A stretch of 64,000 nt of DNA from the human T2T-CHM13v2.0 reference genome, Homo sapiens: NCBI RefSeq assembly GCF_009914755.1, contig NC_060931.1; one strand, written 5' to 3'. Shown here one piece after another: positions 39,967 to 61,706 of this stretch (position 1 is its first letter; each line of letters begins with the position of its first letter). The notes beneath the pieces were generated by a model, which had not been told where the DNA came from, made no database searches, and saw only the letters and a program-made list of their open reading frames with translations. The translations under genes and the position numbers were made by a program.

Positions 39967-40499
39967 ACTGTGCAATATACATTATAATATGCAAATATTA
40001 ACCTTCAGAGTAGTCTATCACATTTAGGTAGAAATCCTTTTTTTTTTTTTTTTTTTTTTTTGAGATGTAGTCTTGCTCTGTCGCCCAGGCTGTAGCACAG
40101 TGGCATGATCTCGGCTCACTGCAACCTTGGCCTCCAAGGTTCAAGCAATTCTCCTGACTCAGGCTCCCGAGTAGCTGGGATACAGGCACCCACCATCATG
40201 TCCGGCTAATTTTTGTATTTTTAGTAGAGATGGGGTTTTGCCATGTTTGCCAAGTTGGTCTCAAACTCCTGACCTCAGGTGATCTGCCCACCTCGGCCTC
40301 CCAAAGTGCTGGGATTACAGGAGTGAGCTACAGTGCCCGGCCGACATTTAGGTAGAAATCTTACACATATTCCTATCTTTGGTCTCTCTCCGCTTATCTT
40401 TGTGACCTTTTCTTTACAGATAAGAACAAATCATTTGTGGACTTGAAAAGAGTTACCATAGTAACTGAAAAAAAACCCGGGAGAGTTAAAATGCCATTC

Positions 40500-40708
40500 T
40501 TGCTGCTCTCTTTTAATTAATAAACTCTAAAAAGGCTAATCCACTTGGGCACTACTTAATTAACAATCAATTAGTAAGGAAAAGATATCGAAGCAGTAAA
40601 CTTAAGTGACAGCGAAAAGTTCTGTTGACCAAACATGGATTCTCTCCTCCTCAGAACCAAGTTACAGTTGGAGTTACAGTAAATACTTCGAACAGGTCCT
40701 TCGGTATC
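40500..40708 (-). other. NUPR2: Probable non-coding terminal exon (3' UTR) of NUPR2
   Basis: Donor TGG|gtacgt at 41878/41877, 6 nt after the stop. Acceptor tttcctacag|GA at 40708. ATTAAA on the minus strand at 40512-40517. Confidence 0.7.
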
Positions 40709-41181
40709 CTGTAGGAAATACAGACAAAAACGCAGGTCATTTACTTTTTTGTTTTTCTTTTTTTGACACAGGGTCTCACTCTGTCGCCTAGGCTGGAGTG
40801 AAGTGGGGCGATCATGGCTCACTGCAGCCTAGACCTCCTGGATTCAAGCGATCCTGCCGCCTTAGCCACGCAAGTAGCGGGGACTACAAGCACGCGCCAC
40901 CACGCCCAGCTTATTTTTTGTATTTTTATAGCGACGTGGTTTCACCACGTTGACCAGGCTAGTCTGGAACTCCTGAGCTAAAGTGATACGTCTGCCTGGG
41001 CCTCCCAAAGTGCTGGAATTACAGATCTGAGCCACCGGGCCCAGCCCAATTACTTTCTTCAGTCTGAGTATGAGCGCCGGAAGAAAAGCTCCTACCTGCA
41101 TCTATTTTTTTTAGACACAGGGTCTCCCTCTGTCACCCAGGCTGGAGAGCAGTGGCGCAATCTCGGCTCGGCTCACTGTAA

Positions 41182-41632
<451 letters not shown>

Positions 41633-41739
41633 ATCGATCGCTTATATTTTTAAAAAGATGTTTTCTTCGTTTCCTAGCCCCTTCTACCCACCTATGAAGT
41701 TCCGCAGGCTTTAATGCTATTGCTATGGCCATAAGAGGC

Positions 41740-42400
41740 CAAGCTGGCGGGTGCGGTTCCCTAATACGGTTCCCTCAGAGGCAGCCGACTCTGCCCAGGG
41801 CGAGCAGCGCCGCGCCGTGGGGGGACGCTCCTAGGGTCCCCGGGGCACTGGTTGGGGGAGGTGTTGGGCGCACGTACCCAGGCTCAGGTGAGGCGAGTGC
41901 GCATCTTGGGATGCAGCTGGCGCTGGCGGCGCTTGCGCTGGCCATTGAGGAGCTTCTGCGCGACCTTGCGCTCGTGCCCGCCAGGTGCAGGCCAGTTGGT
42001 GCGCAGCGCCTGCTCGCGCCGAGTCCGGCCCTTGCTGCGCCCTGCCCCGCAGGCCGGGAAGTCGCGCAGGTAGTAGTAGTCCAGGCAGTCGTAAAGCTCC
42101 TCCTCGTAGCTTATGGGTGGCGGCGGCCGAGCCAGAGCCTGCAGACGTGGAAGCGCCCGCTCTGCGGGCGCTTCCATCCTGCCCAGGCCTGTGGCCACCG
42201 GCGGCCACCTGCCCGCGTCTGGGCGCTCCTGGAAGACCCAGCAGCCCCGCCTCGAGTTCCGATGGGCTCCGCGTGAAGGTGGGGGTGCCTTCGGCGACGC
42301 CACAGAGGCGGACCTTCGACGACGTCACAGTGGCGGTACAGTGCCTGGAGCAGGGCTGTCTTCTCCTTGGAGTGCAGCCTGGTAACCGGGACCTCCCCGC
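41740..42400. promoter_or_regulatory. CpG island over NUPR2 with CRE-like promoter motif
   Basis: Very CpG-rich. GACGTCA at 42321-42327, about 145 nt upstream of the ATG. Confidence 0.7.
41884..42177 (-). CDS. NUPR2: Nuclear protein 2 (NUPR1-like, p8 family), 97 aa, single coding exon
   Basis: ATG at 42177. MEAPAERALPRL...LYDCLDYYYL...GRSKGRTRRE...TNWPAPGGHERK...RTRLT* carries the p8/NUPR1 motifs KGRT and GGHERK. Confidence 0.96.
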   Translation of the reverse strand: MEAPAERALPRLQALARPPPPISYEEELYDCLDYYYLRDFPACGAGRSKGRTRREQALRTNWPAPGGHERKVAQKLLNGQRKRRQRQLHPKMRTRLT

Positions 42401-43069
42401 CAGGTCCTGTTGTTGCTGGAGAAGGGTAGCTGACAAACTCCAACTCAGCACAGTGTTTATGTTGGTCAAAAATAGGAAACTATGTTCAGGCGCGGCGGAG
42501 GTGGGAGGATCCCTTCAGGCCAGGCAGTCAAGAGCAGCCTGGGCAACATGGCGCGACCCCATCTCTGAAGTCCCACCTCAGCTTCCCAGCTACTTGAACT
42601 CCAAGGTTCATGGCTCCAATGAGCTATGTTCCCACTACATCACCCCAGCCTGCGAGACTGAGGTAAACTCTGTCTAAAAAAATAAAAAAGAAAACTATCC
42701 AAGTGTGCAATAGGGAGGGACTGCTTAAAGAAAACATGAGGCTGACTGGGCCCTGTAATCCCAGCATTTTGGGAGGCCGAGGCGTGAGGATGGATGGCTT
42801 GGGCAACATGACGAAACCCCGTCCCTACAAAAGATACAAAAATTAGCCGGGCGCGGTGCACCCCTGGCCTAATTTTTGTATTTTTTGTAGAGATGGGGGT
42901 CTCGCTATGTTGCCCAGGCCAGTTTCGTCCTGGGTTCAAGTGATCTTCTCACCTTGGCCTTTAGAGTTGTTGGGATTACAGCTGTAACCCTTCCTGGGTT
43001 AGGCTATTTAATAACATAAGAAAGTGTGGTGACTCCGCCTCACCTTGGGAGGCCAAGGCGGGTGGATCA

Positions 43070-43363
<294 letters not shown>

Positions 43364-44256
43364 CTACAAAACACACAAAAAAAGCCAGGTGTACCTGTGT
43401 CCACCTGTGGCCCCAGCTACTTAGGAGGCTGAGGCAGGGAGATCACTTGGGGCCAGCAACTCAAGTCTGCAGTGAGCTATGATCATCCCACTGCTCTCCA
43501 TCCTGAGCAATAGAATGAGACCATGTCTCTAGATAGCTAGCTAGATAATTGATACATAGCTTTCTGTCGGAAATTTTTTTCCTAGATTTGAACCTGTTTT
43601 TCTAAAGTAGCATTCAACACATCAGCATTTTACAGTATTATTAGTTGTTAATATGATTGTTTTTCTGAAATACTGTATCCTTTACAAAAGCAGTTTTGTC
43701 TTTCAAAGCACATAGATAGGTCCTCAAGTGAATTTGTCTGATGTTGGTGACCTTGGTACCATTTTCTCCAGTTGATTGGAAAAGTCAGTCAATAATTTCA
43801 GGTCACTGTTGGCCTTAAAGAAGAGCCCAAAGGTAGTAAGCAAGGGTGCTGGTGTCCAGTCGCCTTCTAGAAGCATTTTCACCTTCCCTTAATGTTTCTC
43901 TTTATGAATATAGAAGTACTGTATGTAGAATTGACCCAGTGCTGCCCTGGCAACTTTGTAGATTAGGCCAGATTTACATTTTTTACCTTTATGAGAGGCA
44001 CCCTGGTAGGCTAGTGGAGTTACACATGAAGTCTGATCTCAGCTGCACTGTCCAGAGATGCAACACAGTCCAATCAAATAACATCCTCTGAGCCTGTTTC
44101 TTTAGTTGTTAAATAAGGATAATAATTATACCCATCTAAAAAGACAGCTTATTGTATTTGAGTGGTCTTTTATTTTCTATGAAACTGTCTTTAACACAGC
44201 AATTATTTTCATTGCCATACCACATTTGTGTTTTGTTTTTGTTTGAGATGGAGTCT

Positions 44257-44295
<39 letters not shown>

Positions 44296-44296
44296 A

Positions 44297-44401
<105 letters not shown>

Positions 44402-45410
44402 TGAGAAGCTGGGATTATAGGCGCCCACCACCACACCTGGATAATTATTTTTATTTTTTAGTAGAGATGGGGTTTCATCATGTTGCCCATGCCGGTCTCA
44501 AACTTCTGACCTCAAGTGATCCACCTGCCCTGACCTCCCAAAGTGCTAGAATTGAGGCACTGAGCCCAACCTCTTTTTACATAAGAATTTCTTGGTTGGG
44601 CGTGGTGGCTCACACCTGTAATCCCAGCACTTTGGGAGGCCGAGGTGGGAGGATCACCTGAGGTCAGGAAGCATTTATTATGTATTTATATGCCCGATAT
44701 TATGTGAAGCACTTTACTATCTTATCAAATCTTCAGGATAGATCTTCAGTTCTCATGACTACAGGAGGATACTAAGGCTCAGACAGGAGAAGAGACGTGG
44801 CCAGCCTGTGTCCCCAGAGTCTATGATCTTACCACTAGGTTACAGTGCTTCTGGGGAGCACATGTTGTGAGGTTTTTGCTTTAAAATGAACCAATAAAAA
44901 ACAAAGGCAAAAAAGGCATAAGCTATTAAAAAGTGGGAGAAACACTAAGAGAACCTTAAGCACATAACTAAAAATATTATGGAAAAGTTATTGAATTCAT
45001 TAGCAAATTTACTCTAATTCTAGATTTTCATTGAGGGATATATTACTCATGATGAAGAAAAAAATGTTCATTTCAAGTATATTAACATAAATACCATCAA
45101 TATGGTTTATCATGTTTAAATGTTCACTTAAAGCAATTCAGTTAAAATTCTGCATATCATACAATATTATAGCTTGCTAGTAGATTGCAAAGTAAATAGT
45201 CATCCAAATAAAAACACCAAAGCACATGATGTTTTTCACTGGTTGTTGCTATTTTTGGGTGAGCATTTGATATATACCAACAGATAGATAATAACATATT
45301 GCTAATTTCTTTCATCATCATATAAAGGTGGGTTCAGGATAGAATGGCATAAGGGCAAAGAAGAATTTGAAATCTAACATCAACTCGGTGATGCATCAAG
45401 ATAAAAGTAG

Positions 45411-45796
<386 letters not shown>

Positions 45797-47054
45797 TTAA
45801 ATCCCTAAGATCCAGGGCTTTGCAATAAATATGTAAGTAAATCTCCAATATCCATGCTGAAAGTTTAAAAGAAATGATAATGATAATTAAAGAAGTACAA
45901 CTTTTCCTTAGCTTTGCAGTAATCTAGAAACAAAGAATGTTTCTAATATTTAGACACTACAAAGAACCTTACAAGGAGAAACCTGTAAGTATGGCAGGAT
46001 TCACCAGCAGCCCTGGGCTTGTCCACAGTACCCCATGATGAACAGTAACTCCATTGTGTAAATGCTCATGAACAAAGGATTACAGGACTTTTCCAGTTTA
46101 GACATACCATATTTTCTTTCAGACAATTCTTCAACTTGTTTACATAGATCAGCCATACGATTATTCCATTTCTCTGAAAATTGAGCAAAAGTTGATTCTC
46201 AATAATATGTCCCTATGTCAGAGCAGCACTAACATATAATGACTTATTTCCAATATTTTACATCCTCACAGTCCATATCATTTCACTGCTTTTGAAATTT
46301 TTTTCCCCTTTTTTGGTGGTTCTTAGAATTAGTTTAATGGGAGACTATAAGAGAAGTTTTAAAGTTTAGTACCTCTTTTTAGCCTTTTAATTTCTGAAAA
46401 GCAGGAGGGCAGAAAAGATGAATCAAAAACAACAGGGAGGCCACAATGAGGAGGTCTCCAGGGGTCTGTTAGCAAACTTCCTAAAACATGTCTCAGCTGT
46501 GTGGAAATAAGACTTTACAGCAGCTGGGTGTGACGGTTCAGGCCTGTAATCCTAGCACTTTGGGAGCGGAGGTGGGCGGATCGCTTTGAGCTCAGGGCAA
46601 CATAGCAGAAACCCCCCTCCCCACCTCCACCCCCGCCCCCATCTCTACCAAAAATATGAAACTAAGCCAGGTGTTGTGGCAGGTGCCTGTAGTCCCAGCT
46701 ACTCAGGAGGCCGAGGCAGGAGAATCGCTTGAGCCCAGAAGGTGAACATTGCAGTGAGCCGAGACCACGCCCCACTGCCGGCCTGGGTGACAGAGTAAGA
46801 CTCCATCTCAAAAAAGAAAGAAGGGAAAAAAAAAAGGTTAAGAGGGACCCCAGACCTTAAAAATACAAGTTTAAGAGGGACCCTGGCTGAGCATGGTGGC
46901 TCATGCCTGGGATATGGGAGGCTGAGGTGGGTGGATCACGAGGTCAAAAGATCTAGACCATCCTGGTCAACATGGTGAAACCCCATCTCTACTAAAAATG
47001 TATACAAAAAATTAGCCAGGTGTGGTGGCACACACCTGTAGTCCTAGCTATTCA

Positions 47055-47722
<668 letters not shown>

Positions 47723-47738
47723 TTGTAGTGAAGCCTCA

Positions 47739-47927
<189 letters not shown>

Positions 47928-47957
47928 TCAGGAGGCTGAGACATGGGAATTGCTTGA

Positions 47958-50925
<2,968 letters not shown>

Positions 50926-51797
50926 CTGGCATGAGGTGTGCCCAGAGGGACGGAAGCAGGTGAGTTTTGCCTCCTTCACTGGTTTGTGAGAGCCTTGAAG
51001 GAGACAAGGATCTGCTTGGGAAAGCCCTTGAGACATCGCACAAGGCTGGCAGTGAACAGTGAGCAACCTGGGGCAGTTTCCCTCTGGATGGATCCGTATA
51101 GCCTGAATGGGACCTGGCTCAGACAGAGCTCAGTTCTCCAGGTCACTGAGGCATGGAGAGGTCACAGCTACCAAGTGTAGGAGTCTGGATTCAAAGCCAA
51201 CAGCGTGACTCCAAAGTTCCTGCCCTAGCTCCTGGACCACCCACCTCTCGGGAGTCACCCTTGCAGGCTCATCAGATGCCCAGGCCAGCAGCACAGCCGG
51301 CCAGGGCCAGGGAAACTTGGGGAGCCTCAGAGTACCCCCAGGTATTGACTATGACAGTAAAATATTAAAATACTATTTTCAAAATGTATACAAGCTTAAT
51401 CTATTTATTCAAAATATGAATCATCAACATAATTTGCCACTAATATCTCATTCAGTCCCTTCACAGGACACATAATCCACTGGGAGATAAGAGTTTAGCA
51501 GCTGGCAGGCAGTGATGCACAGCAAAAACAAAAACCAAGAGGTGAAATAGTTCTGAAATAAACAAGGTTTTAAAGCTAAGAGAAATTATTGAATTACTAA
51601 GTCATTACCACTAATTTTGAGCCAACTAACTGATTAATATGAGATGATACAACGTCCTATGCTTTGGTAAATAGAAACCATGTTTAAACAATGTATGTAA
51701 TGTGACTTTCAAAATGCTCCTGGCTTTACAAAGATGTGATTAAAATGTAGTAATACATGCTAAAGCGTTTCCCCCTGCAGAGCATGTTGTAAGTTTA

Positions 51798-51944
<147 letters not shown>

Positions 51945-52804
51945 TTAGAAGGTGGAGAATAATCATCATCTTGAGAAAGAAAAAATGGTCATTACTGAAG
52001 GAACCATCTTAGGTTACAGCTACCTCCGGGTCAATTCCCAACATTCAAAAGCTGAGCAGGGCTTTAAAGCTATTTTGAGTATTAATAATTCTTTCTGTAT
52101 TGTGAACTTCAGTATACTTTTTCTACTTACATTTGAAATGTTATTCTTTTGGGATGTGCTCAAGTGAATACTGCTTTTTCCTCGTCTTGCTTCATTATTT
52201 TTTAGTTTGCTTCATTTGAATCATCATTATAAATCTCCCTTTCTCCTCAAATAACTTTCAAGTTGATGCCAAGAACTATATTCTATTTTAAGCCTTTTCA
52301 GAAAAAACTTTAACAAAGACAGTCACCTAAAGTTATACAAATGTAGAAGAAAGGGGATAAAATAAAGCTTAGATTGGAAAAAATATTTAAGCTTATACAA
52401 AATTCAAGCATACATAAACAAGGGAAGCTGGATAAGTGTATGTACAAATACTTTTAACAAGTGCAAAATATATAGGTTTAAAGAAATAGGGCTGCCTGGG
52501 CGTGGTGGCTCATGCCTGTAATTCCAACACTTGGAAAGGCCGAGGCAGGCGGATCACTTAAGGTTAGAAATTCGAGCCAGCCTGGCCAGCATGGTAAAAC
52601 CCCATCTCTACTAAAAGTACAAAAATTAGGCTGGGTGCGGTGGCTAATGCCTGTGATCCTAGCACTTTGGGAGGCCAAGGCGGGTGGAACACCTGAGGTC
52701 GGGGGTTTGAGACCAGCCTGACTAACATGGAGAAACCCCCGTCTCTACTAAAAATACAAAATTAGCCAGGAGTGGTGGTGCATGCCTGTAATCCCAGCTA
52801 CTCA

Positions 52805-52909
<105 letters not shown>

Positions 52910-52956
52910 TCAAAAAATAAACAAAAAACCCCACAAAAAAACAAAAACCAAAATTA

Positions 52957-53151
<195 letters not shown>

Positions 53152-54590
53152 TTATTTATGAAACAGATACTGTTGACTCAGTCACCAGAAAGCCTGTGTA
53201 TAAATCAGCAGTGAGATATTCAAGAACAGCACACACACACTACTCAGGACAGCTGTCGTGAGAGTTCCATGCTCATTTCTTTGTGGATACACCAGCAACT
53301 CACTCTGCTATGATTCTCCAATACACATCATGTTAGAATTAGAGACATCTGGGCCAGGTGCAAGGCTGAGGCAGGCAGATCATCTGAGGTCAGAGGTTTG
53401 AAACCAGCCTGGCCAACATGGTGAAACTCTGTCTCTACTAAAAATACAAAAATTAGCTGAGTGTGGTGGTATGCACCTGTAATCCCAGCTATTCGGGTGG
53501 CTGAGGCAGGAGAATTGCTTGAACCCAGGAGGTGGAGGTTGCAGTGAGCTGAGATAGTGAGATAGCGCCACTGCACTCCAGCGTGGGCAACAGAGCCAGG
53601 CTCTGTCTCCAAAACAAAACAAAACAAAACAAAAAAAGAATTAGAGACATCTGGATCGAATCAGCTGCCACTGTCATCTTCTAGTCCCCTAAAGTGTCAG
53701 GTAACATCCTATTAAGATTGCTACTCACACATCATCTATAAAATACGGAAAATATCATTTTAAGAAATCTTTTTTTTTTTTTTCTGAGATGGAGTTTCAT
53801 TCTTATTGCCCAGCCTGGAGTGCAATGCTGCGATCTCACCTCATCACAACCTCCACCTCCCAGGTTCAAGCGATTCTGCCTCAGCCTCCTGAGTAGCTGG
53901 GATTACAGGCAGGCATCACCACGCCCAGCTAATTTTGTATTTTTAATAGAGACAGGTTTCTCCATGTTGGTCAGGCTGGTCTCGAACTCCCAACCTCAGG
54001 TGATCCTCCCACCTTGGCCTCCCAAAGTTCTGCCAGAGAGGAGGGGCAGGAACAATAGTGATGCACCCGGCAGAAGAGGTAATATTTTCCAAACATAAAC
54101 ATTAGCATAACCTTATTGGACTTGTAAGAATATATATATATTTTTTAGTAACAGAAGCAGAAGATTCTCCTGAACTGCATCATTTCAGCTAGCATTTATT
54201 TACTCAAGATTAAAATAATACAACAACTATAAAAAGTCAAGAGGTGGGCAGGCACGGTGGCTCACACCTGTAACCCCAACAGTTTGGGAGGCCGAGGTGG
54301 GTAGATCACCTGAGGTCAGGAGTTCGAGACCAGCCAGGCCAACATGGTGAAACCCCATCTGCACTAAAAATACAAAAATACAGTGACATTCACAGTGGGA
54401 ATTTTCATACTGGCTGGAAGCATCCACCAAAATTAAAGGTATAGATTATGTGGGTTTCATTTTTCAGACTATTCCTGTTCCCCACTGACACAAATAATTG
54501 GAAATTGTCTATAGTAGCTCTTTGAGAAGATCATGGAAACACAGTGAATGATTTGTGCAGCTGGATGAGTTGGGAATGTGGATCTTCTGA

Positions 54591-54936
<346 letters not shown>

Positions 54937-55398
54937 TAATAAAAGTTTTTCATGCAGAGCTTTCAATTAATTGATATATATTTACTGGGAACCTTCTATA
55001 TTCAGTTAGGGAATGTGAAGTAGACCACAGACCCTGATCTCTAGGGAAGCAGGGTCTACCTGTGAGAGCTTATACAGCAATACAATGTCAGTAGCCACTC
55101 AATACAATGGTTTAAGCCAAGAAAAAACTAATATTTATTTTAGGGTTATAGAGTATACAGTGCCTGATTGGAAGAGACATGAGAAATTGACAAATGGCCT
55201 GAACAAACTATACATGAAGTAGGAAAATAGGTTGGTGGGATCTGGGAGGGCTTTAAGAGGAAAATTTTTCACAGCCTGGAAAGCAGGTGGGTAGCACCAG
55301 GGGGTGGAGGAGTGAGGGGCATGGGGGTGAGGGACTGGGGTAAGAAAAGCATTCCTGAGTAGAACCTCAAAAGCAAAACCTCAGAATGGAGAAAGTAG

Positions 55399-55590
<192 letters not shown>

Positions 55591-56289
55591 TAGCCAGGAT
55601 GGTCTCAAACTCATGACCTGTGATCCGCCTGCCTCGGCCTCTCAAAGTGCTGGGATTACAGGCATGAGCCACCATGCCCGTCCAGAAGACGCTTTTTTAT
55701 GTATAAGTTTGTTTCTGGATTTTTAGTTTCTTGAAATATTTACTTATTGACTCTAAATGGACTTATTATATTGGTAGATCTGCAAGAGAGTACTATTATT
55801 TTAAAAAATACAGGAAAAAGGCAACTTTTTAAAATCAGACCAGAGTGGCTGCAATGGAATGTTCTGGAAGGTGGGCAGTTGGCGGCAGGATTGAGTAAAT
55901 TACTTTGAACCAGACCGTGGTAGACCCGGTAACTAGGTCAAATAACAAAATGTTTTTCTAGGGCGAGATGTTGTTTTCATGAAAACGTATTGCTACATGT
56001 TTTGTTCATGCCCAAGTGTGCTGTCTGTGAAAAAATAAACTGCTTATTTATTTTTTGAATATGCATATGTTAACAAAATTCCGAAAGACACAAAAAGGTA
56101 TGTAGCCCCAGTTAAGTCTCCTGCTCACCCCTGCCCCCTGGCAAGCCAGTCCTTTATTCTAAGACAATGTAGCAGGTTTTGCCAGGAGTTCTTGTTGCAT
56201 GCTATTTGCCAACATCCAAGGTTTCTGGGCTTAGAAAGAGCCAGTGTAATCTGCATCATTTCAAGTTGTGCTCAGTTTTCAAATTCTAG

Positions 56290-56715
<426 letters not shown>

Positions 56716-57644
56716 TAAGGCACAGAACATAGTCAAATAATCTCAGGCCCAAAAAGGAGCTGTTGTCTTGTAAAGCGATCTCACAGAATCCGAGGAAAGG
56801 ACTAGAAATAGAAGCAGCCTCTGGGGAACTGTGTCTCGACATCACAAACTGAAGCCTGTCTTCTCTTTCTCTTTCTGGTTGTGTGCTGTGGGTTTGTGCA
56901 GTTCATCTCTTTGTGCTGATTAGCCCTTTTAGTTGTTGTTGAAAATTGCCCTCTTCCCTAAATCGATATGACCTTTCAGCTCTAGTGCTCACCACCCCTG
57001 TTGGCAAAAACTTCTATGCCTTTTAGCTCAAATTCTGGTGAGAATTGGATTGTACCAGTTTGTCTCCCTGAGCCGGGCCACACACAAGCAATGGCTTACA
57101 CTGGCTGGCTTTGGTCACATGTCCCTCCCTGGTCCCCTGAGCTGTTATTTGAGCAGGATCAAGGGAAGGTCAAATGGCAGGTTAGAGGTCCCTTTCAGGC
57201 AGTTCAGAATTATCCTTTTGACCTTATCCAGTTTCCACTGCTGTGTGTAACCTCCTTAAGGACAAAGACCCTGAGGGTGTCTAGCTTGGCACTGAACACA
57301 TAGTTTGATGTGCAGTAAATATTTGTTGGTTTTATTGATTTTCGCCCCCCTCTTGGAAGACACTATCCTTCAGAAAGGACTGAAAAGTCTGCATTTTAGA
57401 TATTTATTCAACTGCCATTAAAGGAGTGTGGTGAAGCAGATAGGACTCAAAAATCAGTTACTGCCAGGAGGTAATGATTTGGAGCTGTGTGTTTCTCTTT
57501 TGAACAGGATCAATAGATTATTTTCATTAGAAACCCAAGGCCAAAAAAAAAAAAAAATGGCACTGAGGCAGAGCAGCTATAGCCTGGGATACATCCTTTA
57601 GATAGAATTTTACTATATGTCTACTCAGGCTCCTGAAAGTGTGA

Positions 57645-57935
<291 letters not shown>

Positions 57936-59821
57936 TGAGCCACTGTGCCCAGCCTGAGGGATAAACTCTTAATTGGAATATCTTGGAGGGTGGACAGCCC
58001 TAGTGACTGAAAATGTGAAATTATGACAAGCATTTAGCCAAGTACAAGGCCTACTTTAATGACTAGATAAGAATCTTTGAAAAGAGCAGAATGTTTACAT
58101 GCAAATGATGCTGATAACGTGAATGTTAAGTATCCAGAGTTAATTTTCTTAAGTAGATTCACTTTTCCCCTTCCGATTTTGTTAGAATTGATCATTTGGT
58201 TTGCAAACATGTTTCTAAAATTGCTACTAATTTCAGAAGAGCTGATTCTGGATGTGTATTTTATTGGCTTACAAAAACTTACCTTTCACTTGTGAATTTA
58301 TAATTGCCAAAAATTGGGTTAAATTCAAATTGTTTTCTTGGGGAAAATGTTAGACAAGGGATGAATGAAGCACTTATGTTCTGCTAAGGTAAATGTATGT
58401 GCATCATTTACATTTGGTACATAATCAAGAAGTATTATCTGGCCGGGTATGGTGGCTCATGCCTGCAATTCCAGCACTTTGGGAGGCCAAGGTGCAAGGT
58501 GCTTGAGGCTAGGAGTTGGAGACCAGCCTGGGCAACATAGTAAGACCTTGTCTCTACAACATATTAAAAAAAAATAGCCAGGTGTGGTGGCACACACTTG
58601 TAGTCCCAACCACTCAGGAGGCAGAGGCTGGGGGACCACTTGAGCCCAGGAGATCGAGGCTGCAGTGAGCTATGATGACAGGGTTTCATCATATTGACCA
58701 GGCTGGTCTTGAACTCCTGACCTCAGGTGATTTGTCCACCTTGGCCTCCCAAAGTGCTGGGATTACAGGCGTGAGCCATTGCAATTCAGTCTGGATGATA
58801 GAGCAAGACCCCAGTCTAAAAAAAAAAAAAAAAAAAGAAAAAGTGTCATTTGTCAGGAAGCACTAGGAAATGGGATTTTGGAAATCAAAGTCCTGACATG
58901 GAGCAAAGGTGACCAGAATAATAGAATAATCTCTCAGCCTGACTTTACCTTATCAGGAATTGGAGAGTGTCTATCCCTTTGACCCCAAGCAGGCCTTGTG
59001 ACTACTTTAATAAAGAGGGCACAGAAAAAATGACTCTGGGTCAGATCAGGCATGGCTCTTTGCTGGCCTGGCAGCTTCCAGTTCCTGCCTCTTGGGAACC
59101 ATCTGCCTTAGAAGTGTGTTCACCATTAGGTCTCTGTGTAGTAAAAAGTCCAAGTCATGTGGAGAGGCCTGGAAGATGTGGCACCTGTAGAATGATGGAG
59201 GCCAAGGAGTACCGAGGCACCACACATGAGGGTGAGGAAGCCCTCTTGGAAGTGGATCCTCTAGTCCTTGCCTGCCCAGCTTGTGACATGGAGAGCAGAG
59301 ATGAACCATCAGCTGAGACTTTCTGACCCACAACATCAAGAGCAGCTTAACTGATGGTTTTAACACTGTTGAGGTCATAAGTCACTTGTTTCTTCTGGGC
59401 CTCTATTGATTCATCAGAAAAAGGACAATGGTACCTTTTTCTCTGTTTCATAGGGTTGGTGTCAGATTTATCATAAGGTCATACTGAGATAATATGTGAA
59501 AGTTGTTTTATAGGTTAAGAATGCTAAGAAATGGAGCACAGTGGGTAGGCTTAAAACATGTGACTTAGCCAAGCATGGTGGTACGCCCCTGTAGCCTCAA
59601 CTACTTGGGAGGCTGGGGCAAGAGGATCACTTGTGTTGAGGGGTTGGAGATTGCAGTGAGCTATGATTGCACCACTGTACTCCAGCTTGGGTGATGGAAT
59701 GAGACCCTGACTCAAAACCAAACCAAACCAAAACAAAACAAAATATTTTGATTAAAAAAAATTTTTTTTGAGATGGAGTCTCGCTCTGTTGCCCAGCCTG
59801 GAGTGCGGTGGCACAATCTAA

Positions 59822-59983
<162 letters not shown>

Positions 59984-61150
59984 TAAGGTGATCCACATGC
60001 CTTGGCCTCCCAAAGTGCTGGGATGGGAGGTGTGAGCAACTGCATCCTGCAAATTTTTTTTTTCAATGTGATGTGTCCCAGTGTGCACGGTGAATGTGAC
60101 AGATGCTGGTTGTTCTTATGATCACAGCTCTTGAAGACCCTGGTATCATCTATCTTTGGTCCTCAGGTTCCCTTGCTGACTCCTATCTTTCTCTTTTTTT
60201 AAAAAAATATTTTTTTTAGAGACAGGGTTTCCCTCTGTCACCAAATCTGGAGTTTAGTGATACAATGATAGCTCAGTGCAGCCCCGACCTCCTAGACTCA
60301 AGTGATCCTTCTGTCTTAACCTCCTAGGTAGCTAGGACTACTGATGTGAACACCACCACTCCTGGGTAATTAAAAAAAATTTTTAGAGGTGGGGTCTCAC
60401 TGTTGCCCAGGCTTTTCTTGAACTACTGACCTCAAGTGGTTCTCCTGCCTCAGACTCCTGAGTAGCTGGGACTCCAGGTGTGTACCACCACACCTGGCTA
60501 ATTAAAAAAATTTTTAGGGATGGAGTCTTACTATATTGCCCAGATTGGTCTCAAACTCCTGGCCTCAAACTGCTCTTTTGCCTCTGCCTCCCAAGTAGTT
60601 GGGACTACAGGTGTGTACCACCACACCTGGCTAATTAAAAAACTTTTTTTTTTTTTTTTTTTAGGATAGTGTCTTACTGTATTTCCCAGTTTGGTCTTAA
60701 ACCTCTGGCCTCAAGTGATTCTCCTGCCTCAGCCTCCCAACTGGGACTACAGGTGTGAACCACCACACCCAGTTAGCTTCTATTCTCTAAGCCAGTTACA
60801 TGTCATATGTCAGAGGACCCCAGGGAAGGGTAGAGGAGATCCTGATTCTAGAATTCTGTTTTATGATTCTTGTGCTATTGACCTACTGGCCACTCCAAAA
60901 CACAAGGCCCAAGGAAATTTCACAATTTCCTTGAGGAGTCTATTTGCATAAGTGTCTATCCATGCAAACTTGTTGAAAGTGGGGTAGAGTATGCAAGAAA
61001 CTGTTGATGTTATTGCTAATTGGAAGGCAAAACAGTCAATTTTGAATGCATCTCCTTCTAGAGGAATCTAAATCAAAGTGCTTGTCTTTTGTGAACCCCA
61101 AATGCATCTGTGAGTGTTAAGATATCCCCCTTGTGAGTGTGTGGGAGTGA

Positions 61151-61516
<366 letters not shown>

Positions 61517-61706
61517 TAGAGACCATCTGTGAGAACCAGAGATGTGGATCTACTCAAAATGTAGTAGGGGAAACCAATGGTGAAATCTCAGTAAGACAGA
61601 GTATAGTCATCAGGTCCAAAAAACTATTAATAGAAACAGGCTTGAAATCAAAGACTAAGACAGAGCTCTGGTCAGTAAATGTGTCTGGATCAGAAAAGAC
61701 TCAGGA

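Noticed and set aside
42178-42303. 42-codon N-terminal extension of NUPR2 (139-aa ORF)
   Set aside because: It starts at GTG in a GC-rich promoter/UTR, and the p8-family protein starts at ATG 42177.
41725-42677. Long overlapping ORFs (183, 212 and 230 aa) around NUPR2
   Set aside because: Expected stop-codon scarcity in a CpG island, with no recognisable domains.
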